From the NCBI GenBank assembly GCA_964016885.1, contig OZ024741.1:350672001-350736000 (forward strand): 64,000 nucleotides of DNA, given 5' to 3'. Of this stretch, positions 39,428 to 50,749 are shown piece after piece. The translations under genes were made by a program, and so were the position numbers. The notes beneath the pieces are model-generated. The model was not told the DNA's origin and did no database searches. It was given only the letters and a program-made list of their open reading frames with translations. The number at the start of each line of letters is the position of its first letter. The stretch's first letter is position 1. The stretch is from Eledone cirrhosa (Eukaryota).

Positions 39428-39487
39428 TTCATTTACCAGTGGTTTCTTGAAGACAGATGTTGCGTATGTCTTCAGTCGTCAGAATTA
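39428..39487 (-). ncRNA. Type I hammerhead ribozyme (CUGACGA core)
   Basis: att-CTGACGA-ctgaagaca...tgtcttcaa-GAAAcc act gGTA-aat. The module 39395-39655 is an inverted sibling of 57580-57826. Confidence 0.8.
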
Positions 39488-39652
39488 CTAAAAAAAAACA
39501 TGGTCTATTTATTAAATATGGCTTTGAAAACAAAATTTAGGAAATATGTAAGTGAGGCTGAAAAAAAACGGGCGAAAAGGAAATAGGGGAAAAAAATAAA
39601 AAATATATATATATATATAAAAATATAAATATCCAGAACGTAAACATACACA

Positions 39653-39733
<81 letters not shown>

Positions 39734-40012
39734 ATTCACAAGAATCAAAGCTATGTTCAAAGCATTTATTCACTTACAATTATTTCATCCAAACCTAGGC
39801 TTGGAGTCTTCGGACCATTTTTCAATGTTTGTACACATAATTGACCCCCTTTCCAACGCAAGAGACATACAGATACATATATATATATGTTGATACACAG
39901 TGGAGTGGCATATATTATACTATACTATTTTTGTACAGCAATTCAAATTCAAAATCAAAATCAAAATCAAAATTAACATAAAAATCAAAATTAAAATACA
40001 TTCGGCAGATAA

Positions 40013-40070
<58 letters not shown>

Positions 40071-40072
<2 letters not shown>

Positions 40073-40288
40073 AAATGTAAGCTATCGCCGTATTTTGACT
40101 AAAGAAATTAAAGAAATTATTTAGCCTGATAGTGGGGTTAAGAACCCTCGGAGAAATGGAAAAAGATGAGTATTGACGTACATCAATACTCATCTTTTTC
40201 CATTTCTCCGAGGGTTCTTAACCCCACTATCAGGCTAAATAATTTCTTTAATTTCTTTAGTCAAAATACGGCGATAGCTTACATTTCT
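40071..40288. repeat. Near-perfect fold-back palindrome next to (TA)n
   Basis: Centre attgacgtacatcaat at ~40180. Confidence 0.92.
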
Positions 40289-40370
40289 AATAATTTCAAA
40301 CCAACTCGCTGTTTCGAAAATATTCTTACTTAATATATATATATATAATGTATAATAAACAATACAATAT

Positions 40371-40448
40371 AATTACCTAATTACCAGAGGTTTCCCGAAT
40401 AAGACGAATACAAGAAACGTCCGCATTCGTTCGTCAGACAATGCAATT
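40371..40448 (-). ncRNA. Type I hammerhead ribozyme, 3' pLTR
   Basis: CTGACGA-acgaat...attcgg-GAAAcc tct gGTA. Confidence 0.7.
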
Positions 40449-41324
40449 TAAAACATAGTGAAATATTTGAAAAATATCCTTAAGAAAGGCAGAGAAGGGA
40501 GTGTATCAGTCAAAGCAGTATCAGACTGAAGGTCGATACAGATATAAAAATATAAAATATAAAAAATGAATGAAATAATATATAAGATAAGAAAAAAATT
40601 AAGGCAAAGAGAAAGAAAGGGGGAGGCGTTATCAATTATAAAGTAACACTAGAAAAAATAAATAAAAAGTAGAAAACATGCAGAAGTTCGTACACACACA
40701 TATATATATATAAATATATATATATACGTACAGACAAAAACACAAGCACAAAAGGATACATACACATACATGCGAACATACATACAAAAACACGCATACA
40801 TACACACGATGCACATATACATACATACATGTACATCTAACCCCACGCACGCACGCGACCATATATATATATATGTACAAAACATAGATGTAAAAGCACA
40901 CATACACACACACACATACACATACACGCACACATACGAATGCATTTGTATACATATACAAACACGTATACACATATATGCACACATACACGCATACATA
41001 CATATATAAAAACCAGCCGTATTAATAAATGGGTACAAGATATACGCAAGTAAACATGCATAAAAGTGGCTGAGAGACAATAGAATATATCTGGAGTTAA
41101 AAACACAAGTGACAGTGATATCAGGTAGTGAAAGAAAAGGGGGAAGTAAAATATGTAAAATTATGAAGATATAAAGTAAGTGAATCAAAAAGCAGGGGGG
41201 TCACTAGTGGATGTGAAGTAAAAATAAAAATAAAAATAAAAATAAAAATAAAAATAAAAATAAAAATAAATCAGAAAGAGAAGTCTGTAAAGAAGGTAAG
41301 TTAAGGAAAGTGAAGAACAAGAGT

Positions 41325-43463
41325 TTATGGAGGATAAGTATCTGAAAGTGAGTTAAGTTTATATGAGCTGGAAAGCAAGTGTGATTTCATGTGTGGGCAA
41401 CTGGTGAAAATTTCTGTTTTTGCATTTAGGCAGGTTTTTGGTGATTTAAGGTTCTGTAAAATCCAATACTTTTGACTTATGCAGAGTGCGCATCTTCTTG
41501 TTCCTTTTGCATATTCTTTAGATTGGTTCAAAATTGACCAATCTAATTTATATTGGATACCTTGGTCTTTCAAATCCCATATTCTACTAGCCAGAGCTGT
41601 TGTAAAATTTTTTTTCACGATGTCGGAAAGATGCGACATGTGAGTAATAACGCGTTTTGAATTTGTCTTGTGTCATACCCACATATCGTTCGCTGGTGGC
41701 TGGTAGGTTGTTGCTGGTGGTTGTCACTTTAGCCTCATATACAATGGCTTTGGTGTTGCATTTACCTTGTAATGGGCATTCACTTTTGACTCTACAGGAG
41801 CAATTTTGATGTTCTCTGGGTATTTTCTTATTGAGGATATAAGATTTAATAGAGCGACCGCAGGAGTAGCTGATTTTGACACAGTTTCTATTGAAGATCT
41901 TATAGTATCTATGTGTTCTAGGGAAATGTTTATCTAAGAGCTCTAGGAATTTTTTGCCTACATTAGTTTTAACTGCTAAAGAGTGGGAGGGTGTGAACCA
42001 GATTATTTTTGTTTTCCTATTTTTATGTTTAAAGGAGTTAGTATTGTTGGGTATGTATTTAATCGGTTCGCTAAATCCGCTATTTTGAAGGGCTTTATTA
42101 TAGTAGGGGGATACCTTATTGAAAATAGCTTCTGATGAAGAGAGGGTGGAAATCCTACGGCTAATATTAGGTATAAGATTTTTAAAAACTATAGGAGGAT
42201 GGCAAGAGCCTTTATTTATATATTTTAAATTTTCATTTGGTTTATGGTACGGTTTATAAGAAGCAGTAGGGATATCTAGGTTTATATCTAGAAAATTAAC
42301 ATTAGAAAGGTTAGTGTCAATGGTAATTATAAGATTAAAACTAGCGAAGGTTTTTATTAAGTCTTTCCTGAATCTATCTAAGTTATGGCCTATAGTGATA
42401 TGGGAAAGTATTAGACCATCGTCACGATAAAGCCCAATGGTATGGTTAGGGAATTTCTCTTTAAGTGTGTGTAGGAGGAATAGGCCGACTAAATCACACA
42501 CGTCAGCACTGTCAAAAGAACCCATTGAGACATCGAATGGGTTCTCTGGGTTAGATTTTTTTACCCAAGTGTCATTATCAGTAAACAGTAAAGTGTTTCT
42601 AGCATGCAAAATGACATTCTCTGCAATATCAGAAATATTGATAAACTTTTTAGCGAAATTTAATGCTTTCGTTAAAAGAGGGTGAGTAATAGACGGGTAG
42701 AAGTCTACAATCTCAAATTGGGTGAATCTAGAACTATTTTTATCTTTAATATTTTTAAACCAATGTACTACAGAAGAGCTATTTATCCATTGGAGTAATT
42801 CAGACTTACTTCTAATATGTTTGTTTATATTTTTTAATATTTATTCGTTAGCAAGGCCGATTTCAGTCTTAGCAGGGTTGCTTAATCTACAACTGGGACG
42901 ATTATTAAAATCAGATTTGTGATCTTTGAGGGTGATATAGGCATTACGTTTAGCAAGTTTTTCTGTTCTATTGTCTATTTTTAAAAACTAGCTAATTCTT
43001 TGGCTTCCTTATTAATAGTATTATAGGTGTTTATATTAGTTATTTGGTGTTTAGAGGTGATGTTATCTGTTAAGAGTTGGTCATGTAAGTTATTATTAAC
43101 TTAGTATAAGTTTTTAGTTTTATCAGAGAAAATGAACTTGTTTTTAGCGGATTTGAAATTTGAAATATCGTTAGAGAGTTTAGATTGAAAAGGGTTAGAG
43201 TACTTACGGAATTTGATTTGGTTGATTAAATTAACTAAGTCTAGTTCAAAAGCGGTCATATCTTTTACTCTTTGTGGGTATTTATGGGACATGATATCAA
43301 AATATTCTGTAGAGTCCGTGATAAAGTGTCCATCGAAAATCAAAGCTTTCCATCTCATTCTTTTAACAACTTTTTCTACTTTGTCGATCAACATTTTAGT
43401 GTAGGAAGTGTTAGAAGGTGTAGGGATATTCTTGATGGAGTAATCCAAAAAATGTCTATCCAT
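41325..43463 (-). pseudogene. Penelope-like RT + GIY-YIG polyprotein, frameshifted
   Basis: YSIKNIPTPS, RMRW, FDVSMGSFDSADVCDLVG, GLYRDDG, FLDI, CSCRVKSECPLQGKC, VY..YVG, CALC, CPH. Confidence 0.93.
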
Positions 43464-43675
43464 GTTCAGTATTGGTTAAAAATCCTTTTGACTGAAGAGT
43501 GCTCGACTTTAAAAAGGCTGGAAGGTGCCAATCTCATATAAATGTAGAATATGCTACGATCATTCCCTTGGGAGCTGTATAAGTATTGAAGTTTCCGTTT
43601 CAAATTGAAAATATCATAGGAGTGCTCTATGTAAGTTACAGAGCTAAATTTAATGTATAATAAACAATACAATAT

Positions 43676-43753
43676 AATTACCTAATTACCAGAGGTTTCC
43701 TGAATAAGACGAATACAAGAAACGTCCGCATTCGTTCGTCAGACAAGGCAATT
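43676..43753 (-). ncRNA. Type I hammerhead ribozyme, 5' pLTR
   Basis: Stem I aattgcct/aggtaatt, with the same core as 40371-40448. Confidence 0.7.
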
Positions 43754-44064
43754 TAAAACATAGTGAAATATTTGAAAAATCTCCTCAAGAAAGGCAAAAG
43801 TTTAACGGGCAAAAAAATATATAAATAAAAGTAATAATACAAGAGATATATAAAAATAAAATAAAGAAATATAGTAAGTGGATGTGTATAAATGTGTGTA
43901 CATGCACCTACAAATGTACATATGTGTGTATGTACAAATGCATGTGTATAGTGAAAAATGTGTGCGTAAGTACATACATGAGGGCAAGCATATCAGTGTA
44001 TGTGTGACCACAAATACGCATGTATGTGTATGTATCCTTTTGTGCTTGTGCTTTTGTCTGTACG

Positions 44065-44095
<31 letters not shown>

Positions 44096-44099
44096 ATAC

Positions 44100-45337
44100 T
44101 TGACATGAAAAATACGCAAGCTCAAAAGAGCCACAGAATGTTATAATAAACCTTCAAAAGTGTGGGACTAGAGTTTTTACTCAAAAATATTGTAATCATT
44201 ATCTATCGTACATTCTGTGGCATCCTTTATAAAAATATCACAATAAATACATCTATGTTTAATTTAATAACAGCTATAAATAATTACGTAATATTATTAT
44301 CATATACTCATAGTAACAAAATAATTGTGTTGAAAATTAATATGATGCTTATATGAACGATCAAATCTATAATGATAATTTTATAAATATACTAATATTA
44401 AAATAATTTAGTTATATAGTGTTACATTTTCATCGAACTATAACATTAACAATCGTATTGTATCGTCAAATTTTTATCACTGCAAACTTTCATATTGGAA
44501 TTACCTTAAGCCATTTATCATTACTTCGCTTTCGTACTTTTACAGATGTAGATATTCGGCTGTATCTTATATCTAATATCATGATCTCATGGTAATTTGC
44601 ATGCAGTGTAAAATAGGTTTATTAATAACTTTAATATGAAATGTATTATACAAGGCTGCGGAGTCGGCCAAAAATTGACTCGCTCCAACTCCGGATCCGA
44701 TACTCCATTATTTCCTAAATTTCGGCTCCGCAGCCCTGTTATTATATTAATTTATTTATTTTATAGTTGTAAATCATATTTTTATATGTTACACTCTAAG
44801 AATGAACTAAGTGAAATAGTGTAAAAAGAAAGGCATGGTTGGTTTAAGCTAATGTCCAATATCTCATATTAGATGTTTAGTAATGATTAATACGAAATGC
44901 ACTTAAGCCGAATTCTATATTATAAATTCACTTAATTAATTATCGTGTCTTCTTGAGTTCCTTATGAGTCTCTTTTTTTATAAAAGGATGCCACAGATTT
45001 TATAAAAAAGAGACTATGAGTATATGATAATAATTGTTTCTACATTAGGCACAAGGCCAGCAATTACCCAGTGCATTACTGGTACTTTATTTTATCGACC
45101 CCGTAAGGATGAAAGGCAAAGTCAACTGAGTATATGATAATAATATTACGTAATTATTTATAGCTGTTATTACATTAAACATAGATGTATTTATTGTGAT
45201 ATTTTTATAAAGGATGCCACAGAATGTACGATAGATAATGATTACAATATTTTTGAGTAACAACTCTAGTCCCACACTTTTGAAGGTTTATTATAACATT
45301 CTGTGGCTCTTTTGAGCTTGCGCATTTTTCATGTCTA
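44100..45337. repeat. ~210-bp inverted repeats (44100-44310 / 45128-45337), MITE/fold-back-like
   Basis: Reverse-complement arms; near-identical spurious ORFs appear on both strands. Confidence 0.85.
44651..44738. mobile_element. 88-bp hAT-type mini-MITE
   Basis: TIRs caaggctgcggagtcg / cggctccgcagccctg, with an 8-bp TSD gtattata / ttattata. Confidence 0.75.
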
Positions 45338-46126
45338 GTTTAATATTTATTTAAGGCAACGCTTGTAATAACTCTAGTTAAACATGATATATATTAATAA
45401 TAAATTATCGTTGTAATGTAATTAGATTATATAATTGTTATTATAAATGATCTTATAAATATTAATGTAAGATGTATAAAAATATTTTCAAACTTTTAAT
45501 ATAAACAACAACAAAAAACAATCAATATTAAATCAATATATTATACATAATAGAAAACATAAAATAAATAAACAATATAAAAATAAAATATTTACATACA
45601 ATTGCTATTACCAGTCTATATAAATTTTCTTTATTCCCTGAGCAAATTAATGAGATTTGTTCTTATTGCACATAATTTGATGACTTTTTGGAGTGTATTA
45701 AAAGATAACAATAATTTGTGATTAAACCGTTATTTTAAGCAACTCTCTTTTTAATAGTTTTTAACTTTTGCGGTAAACTTTCATCTTATCTATTGACCGC
45801 CTAACCCTAACCTAACGTCAGTATATTACATTTGTTTTAAAAATTAATATAAAAGTTAATATAAATTTTAAAAAATCATATAACGACGAAATAACAAAAA
45901 TAAATGAACTAGGAAAACAAACAAAAAAACATGGCGGATGCTTTTGAGCAACACTTACTCTGATTGGTTGAAAATTAGCCAATGGCATGTAATCACCACG
46001 GTTCTGGCCAGACCTTGAAAAAAAAATTGACGATCTACACAACATATATCTTAGAACACTAAAAGTGACTAAAACATTCTGTTGTTAGTCACTTCGTGTC
46101 TAACAGATATATGTGCGTAGAACTTA

Positions 46127-46911
46127 TGCATGTTTTCTACTTTTTATTTATTTTTTCTAGTGTTACCTTATAATTGATAACCCCTCCCTCTTACTTTCTC
46201 TTTGCCTTAATTTTTATTCTTATCTTATATATTATTTCATTAATTTTTCATATTTTATATTTTCATATCTGTATCACCTTCAGTCTAACACTGCTTTGAC
46301 TGATACACTCCCTTCCCTGTATATATCACATACATGTATGTGATTGCGCGTTTATACGCGTGCGTCCTTTCATTCTTGTATGTGTATATATTTCAATTCT
46401 TAGTCCCTGAGTCTGTATGTACGCTAACTCTATTATCTTACACTTCCTTTTTCAACATATATTATATACGTATTTGTGGTCACACATACACTGATATGCT
46501 TACCCTCATGTGTGTACTTACGCACACATTTTTTCACTATACTCATGCATTTGTACATACACACATATGTACATTTGTAGGTGCATATACACACATTTAT
46601 ACACATCCCCTTACTATATTTCTTTATTTTATTTTTATATATCTCTTGTATTATTACTTTTATTTATATATTTTTTTGCCCGTTAAACTTTTGCCTTTCT
46701 TGAGGAGATTTTTCAAATATTTCACTATGTTATAAATTGCCTTGTCTGACGAACGAATGCGGATGTTTCTTGTATTCGTGTTATTCGAGAAACCTCTGAT
46801 AATTAGGTAATTATATTGTATTGTTTATTATACATTAAATTTAGCTCTGTAACTTACGTAGAGCACTCTTCACTCCTATGACTTTTTCAATTATCAACGG
46901 AAACTTCAATA

Positions 46912-46915
<4 letters not shown>
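46127..46915 (+). mobile_element. Inverted solo pLTR/3'UTR of the 40347-44090 Penelope family, with a hammerhead at 46735-46812
   Basis: Reverse complement of 40490-40682 and 43580-44010. Confidence 0.85.
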
Positions 46916-46951
<36 letters not shown>

Positions 46952-47268
46952 CACACATATATATACACACACATACATACATAGACACGCACAGCCACAT
47001 GCATACACATACAAAAAAAACACTACAATAAAATAGAAAAATGAAACTCAAAGATACATAACCCACGTACATACGTACACATACGCGTGCGCACGCGCAA
47101 TAAGAAATCAACATATGCATACAAATAAACATATACGTAAATTCATACACACATATATACACATATATACACATATACACAAAGACATATATACAAACAC
47201 ATGCATACATATATACAAATACATATAAACAAATAGCTAACATTAATACTTACAATACTATTAATAAT

Positions 47269-47700
47269 TGTTTCTATTTTAGGCACAAGTTTACTGCATA
47301 CAAGGAAATGCCGGAAAAATTTGGCTTGGTAGACAGAGGCCAAATATTGCAACTAGATCCTGTGTCGACTATAAATGATTTGTTTGAAACTCGATCTCTG
47401 ATAAAGAAAGCACGATAAGGAGAATTAATGGGGGCGAGGTCTGCCGTGCCCAGACTCTCCAATTTTAGTTTTCCGAGGTCTCGAAAGAGCAGGGCTGAAT
47501 ACAATGTTTCGCCTTTTCACGAAAACGCACGTTATTTGCTGGCCTTGTGCCTAAAATACTGGTACTTTATTTTATCGACCCCGTAAGGATGAAAGGCATA
47601 GTTAACCTCGGCGGGATTTGAACTCAGATCATAAAGGGACGTAACTCTATGCTTCAAAGCATTGTGTCCGACTCTCTACCGATACTGCCAATCCACCGCT
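47269..47700 (-). mobile_element. Meta-domain-like SINE containing a Gypsy-derived insert
   Basis: 20-bp TSD cttacaatactattaataat (47249-47268 / 47701-47720). Confidence 0.85.
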
Positions 47701-48111
47701 CTTACAATACTATTAATAATGAAGCTAAAGCCCTAGCTAGTACCTTAAAAATAGACAACCGGATTGAAAGCTAGCTAAACGTAAATCATATATTACCCTT
47801 AAAGACTACTTTACTAATCGACCTAGTTGTAGACTAATCAATCCTGCTAAATCTGTAATTGGCCTTGCGAGTAAAAAAATCTTAAGAAAAATAATACTTC
47901 AAACAAGAACTATGACTGACTTATCTCAATGGTTAAATACATCCTCTGTTATTTCTTGATTTAATAATATACAAGGAAAAAATAAGTGTAGATTTACCCA
48001 ATTTGATATTTTTGATTTTTACCCCTCTATTACTGAATCCTTATTAACAAAAACCTTAGATTTTGCTAGACTTTTTGTTGTATGGACTGGGAATCGAACT
48101 CACAACCTCAT

Positions 48112-49534
48112 TGTTGTATGGACTGTTAAATTCGTTTTATTCAATTTACACGTGCTCACACATTTGCATATGAATCACGTGACCTGGGCAGTCAGTCAGC
48201 GGTGGTATTAAAAACTCGGCCACAGACTGCTGCACTTGCTTTATGTTATTCTGCTACTGTGAGGAGGGGCGTTTTGGTTGTTTCGTACAATACACAAATT
48301 ATTTGATATAACTCGTTGTGTTTTCTCTGCGAGTACCGAGAGGAATACAACAGAGTTTATTGGCGTCGCCGATAGGATTTACCTACATTGCCGATAGGAT
48401 TTACCTACATTGCCGGGAAATTGTTTATCATAAAAACATGGCGGAACAACAAACAGCGGAGCTAATAAAGTTGTTTAGAGAACAGATGCAACAACAGAGT
48501 TTATTGGCGTCGCAACAAATGCAACAACACAAGAAAGATATGGACACTCTGATAAAACTGTTTGGTGCTCGAGATTCTGAACAACAGAGTTTATTGGCGT
48601 CGCGAGTTGCTTCGACACCAACAGCATTCATCCCACCATTTGCTGCTTTTGATTCAACAACAGAACTATGGTCTGATTACTGGTCAAGATTCTGCACGTT
48701 TGTGGCTGCTAACGCTGTACCCGAGCAACGCATGGCACAAGTGTTCCTGACTAATCAGACGGCTGCTATCTACAAACAACTTTCAAATCTGGCTGCTCAA
48801 CAAAATCCGCCTAAGGATATCAACAAGTTGACAATGGACGAAATTGTTGACTTCATGAAAGAACAGTTCGACCCAAAACTTTTCATTGTGAGAGAACGTT
48901 TCAAGTTCTGGAGTGACATGCAACGGAAGCCAGGCGAAACTCTCCAGGAGCTGGCAGCACGTATACGTCAGGATGCAGCTACCTGTGATTTTCCTTCGAT
49001 CACAAATCCACAAGATGAAGCTCTAAGACAGAGATTTATATGTTCTGTCAATAATGAAGCTGTGTTGAAGGCTATTTTCAAGATCAAGGATACAGAACTA
49101 GATTTCGCCCGTGCTGTCCAAGTTGCCATCGGGACCGAAGACGCAGCAAAGGTTGCCAAGGAAACTGTTTACGGTTCCAAAACCAAGCAAGTCTACAAGG
49201 TCCAGCAGAACAAGAACAAGGGTCCTCAAAAGAACCATCAGCAGTCTTATTCCACAGACCAGGAGATGTTTTACCGATGTGGAAAGGCCCACAAAGCGAC
49301 AGACTGCCCCTTCAAAGAAGCCAAATGTCATTTTTGTGACAAAAAGGGACATTTGCAAGCGGTGTGTAGAAAGAAAAAACATCAGCAACATAATCATCGC
49401 TCACAGAATTACGTGAAAAGAATCACGAAAGCAGAGCTAGTCAAGGCGATCCTTGGTGAAGTTCCCCACGATACTCATAGTTTGAATGTGCCAATAACAA
49501 TCGAGAACAGACTTTTCACAATGGAATTGGACAC
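48112..49534 (+). mobile_element. Ty3/Gypsy (Mag-like) fragment: 5' LTR, gag and start of protease
   Basis: LTR TGTTGTAT...ATACAACA (48112-48352), PBS-like tggcgtcgc, gag ERFKFW..QRKPGE and C..CDKKGHLQAVC. It ends at MELDT. Confidence 0.88.
48438..49534 (+). CDS. gag: Gag polyprotein (zinc knuckles) truncated at the protease active site
   Basis: Open frame of ~365 codons from MAEQQ. Confidence 0.8.
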
Positions 49535-50749
49535 GTTAATATTTTTAAATTAGAAGAAGACGTTATCTTTCACGCTAGGAAAACATTACTCTTTGCTAAT
49601 GAAGGTACTTGGGTTAAAAATCAAGCCCTGAAAACTCTTTTGATGTTGCGATGGGCTCATATGATAGTGCTGATGTGTGCGACTTAGTAGGATTATTCCT
49701 CATCCACACCCTTAAAGATAAATTTCCTTGCCATAATATCGGTTTATATCGAGACGACGGTTTGGCAGTTTCTCATAGCACCAACGACCATAACCTTGAT
49801 AAATTCCGTAAAGACTTAATCAATACCTTTGCTACGTGAAACTTTGCTACCTTAAAATTACTATAGATACGAATCTTACTAATACTAACTTTCTTGATAT
49901 CAATCTTGACCTACTTACCGCCTCCTTTAAACCTTATCATAAACCTAATGAAAATGTAAGATATATACATAAAGAGTCATGCCATCCCCCTATAGTCTTT
50001 AAAAATCTTATTCCTAATATTAGCCGTAGGATTTCTACCTTATCTTCGTCTATAGACATTTTTAACAAAGCCACCCCTTATTATAATAAAGCCCTCAATA
50101 ACAGCGGCTTCACCGAACATATTAAATATTTACCTACTCCTCTTTCTAACACTAAACACAATAACAGGAAAAGAAAAATTATTTTGTTTACACCCCCCCC
50201 CCCCTTCTCTCTAATTGTTAAAACTAACGTAGGAAGAAAATTCCTCGACTTCCTTGACAAACATTTTCCCCCTAATCATAGATATAATAAGATATTCAAT
50301 AGAAATGTAGTTAAATTCAGTTACTCTTGCTGCCCATCAATGGAAACTAAAATTACCAACTCTAATGGTACTAGAGTAAATCCAGGATGCAGTTGCAGGA
50401 AGCCGGAAGAATGCCCATTACAGGGTAAATGTAATACCAAATCTATTGTGTATGAGGCCAAATTGACACCAATGATTAATAACCAGCCAGCAAAGAGTGA
50501 ACGATATGTTGGCATGACTCAGGACCGATTTAAAACCAGGTATTATGCACATGTCGCTTCTTTCAAACACCCTGAAAAAAGAACAGCAACGGCGCTGGCA
50601 AATAAAGTGTGGGAGTTGAAAGACAAAAACATTCCGTACACTATTGATTGGTCTATTTTAGACCATTCAAGAGAATACCAAAGGGGCACAAAGAAATGTT
50701 CTTTGTGTACTACGGAACAATTTAGAATTCTCCAAAACTTGAAAACCCC

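Larger units (their letters stand above)
40347..44090 (-). mobile_element. Near-complete Penelope-like element (Naiad-type) with direct pseudo-LTRs
   Basis: Direct repeats at 40347-40491 and 43652-43796, each carrying a hammerhead, flank the RT/GIY-YIG ORF. Confidence 0.9.
47229..50749 (+). pseudogene. Penelope-like (Naiad-type) ORF split by SINE and Gypsy insertions
   Basis: Pieces at 47701-48078 (NPAKS.IG, FTQFDIFDFYPSI) and 49535-50749 (HARKTLLF, GLYRDDG, CSCRKPEECPLQGKC, YVG). Close relative of 41325-43463. Confidence 0.9.

Noticed and set aside
40125-40160. Hammerhead-like ctgatag...gagaaa in the palindrome
   Set aside because: Non-canonical core and no stem I/III or NUH site.
45810-45826. 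Interstitial telomere
   Set aside because: Only about two imperfect CCCTAA units.
48347-48603. Three identical 23-bp repeats as a CRISPR-like array
   Set aside because: Eukaryotic LTR context, irregular spacers of 121 and 67 bp, and no cas genes.
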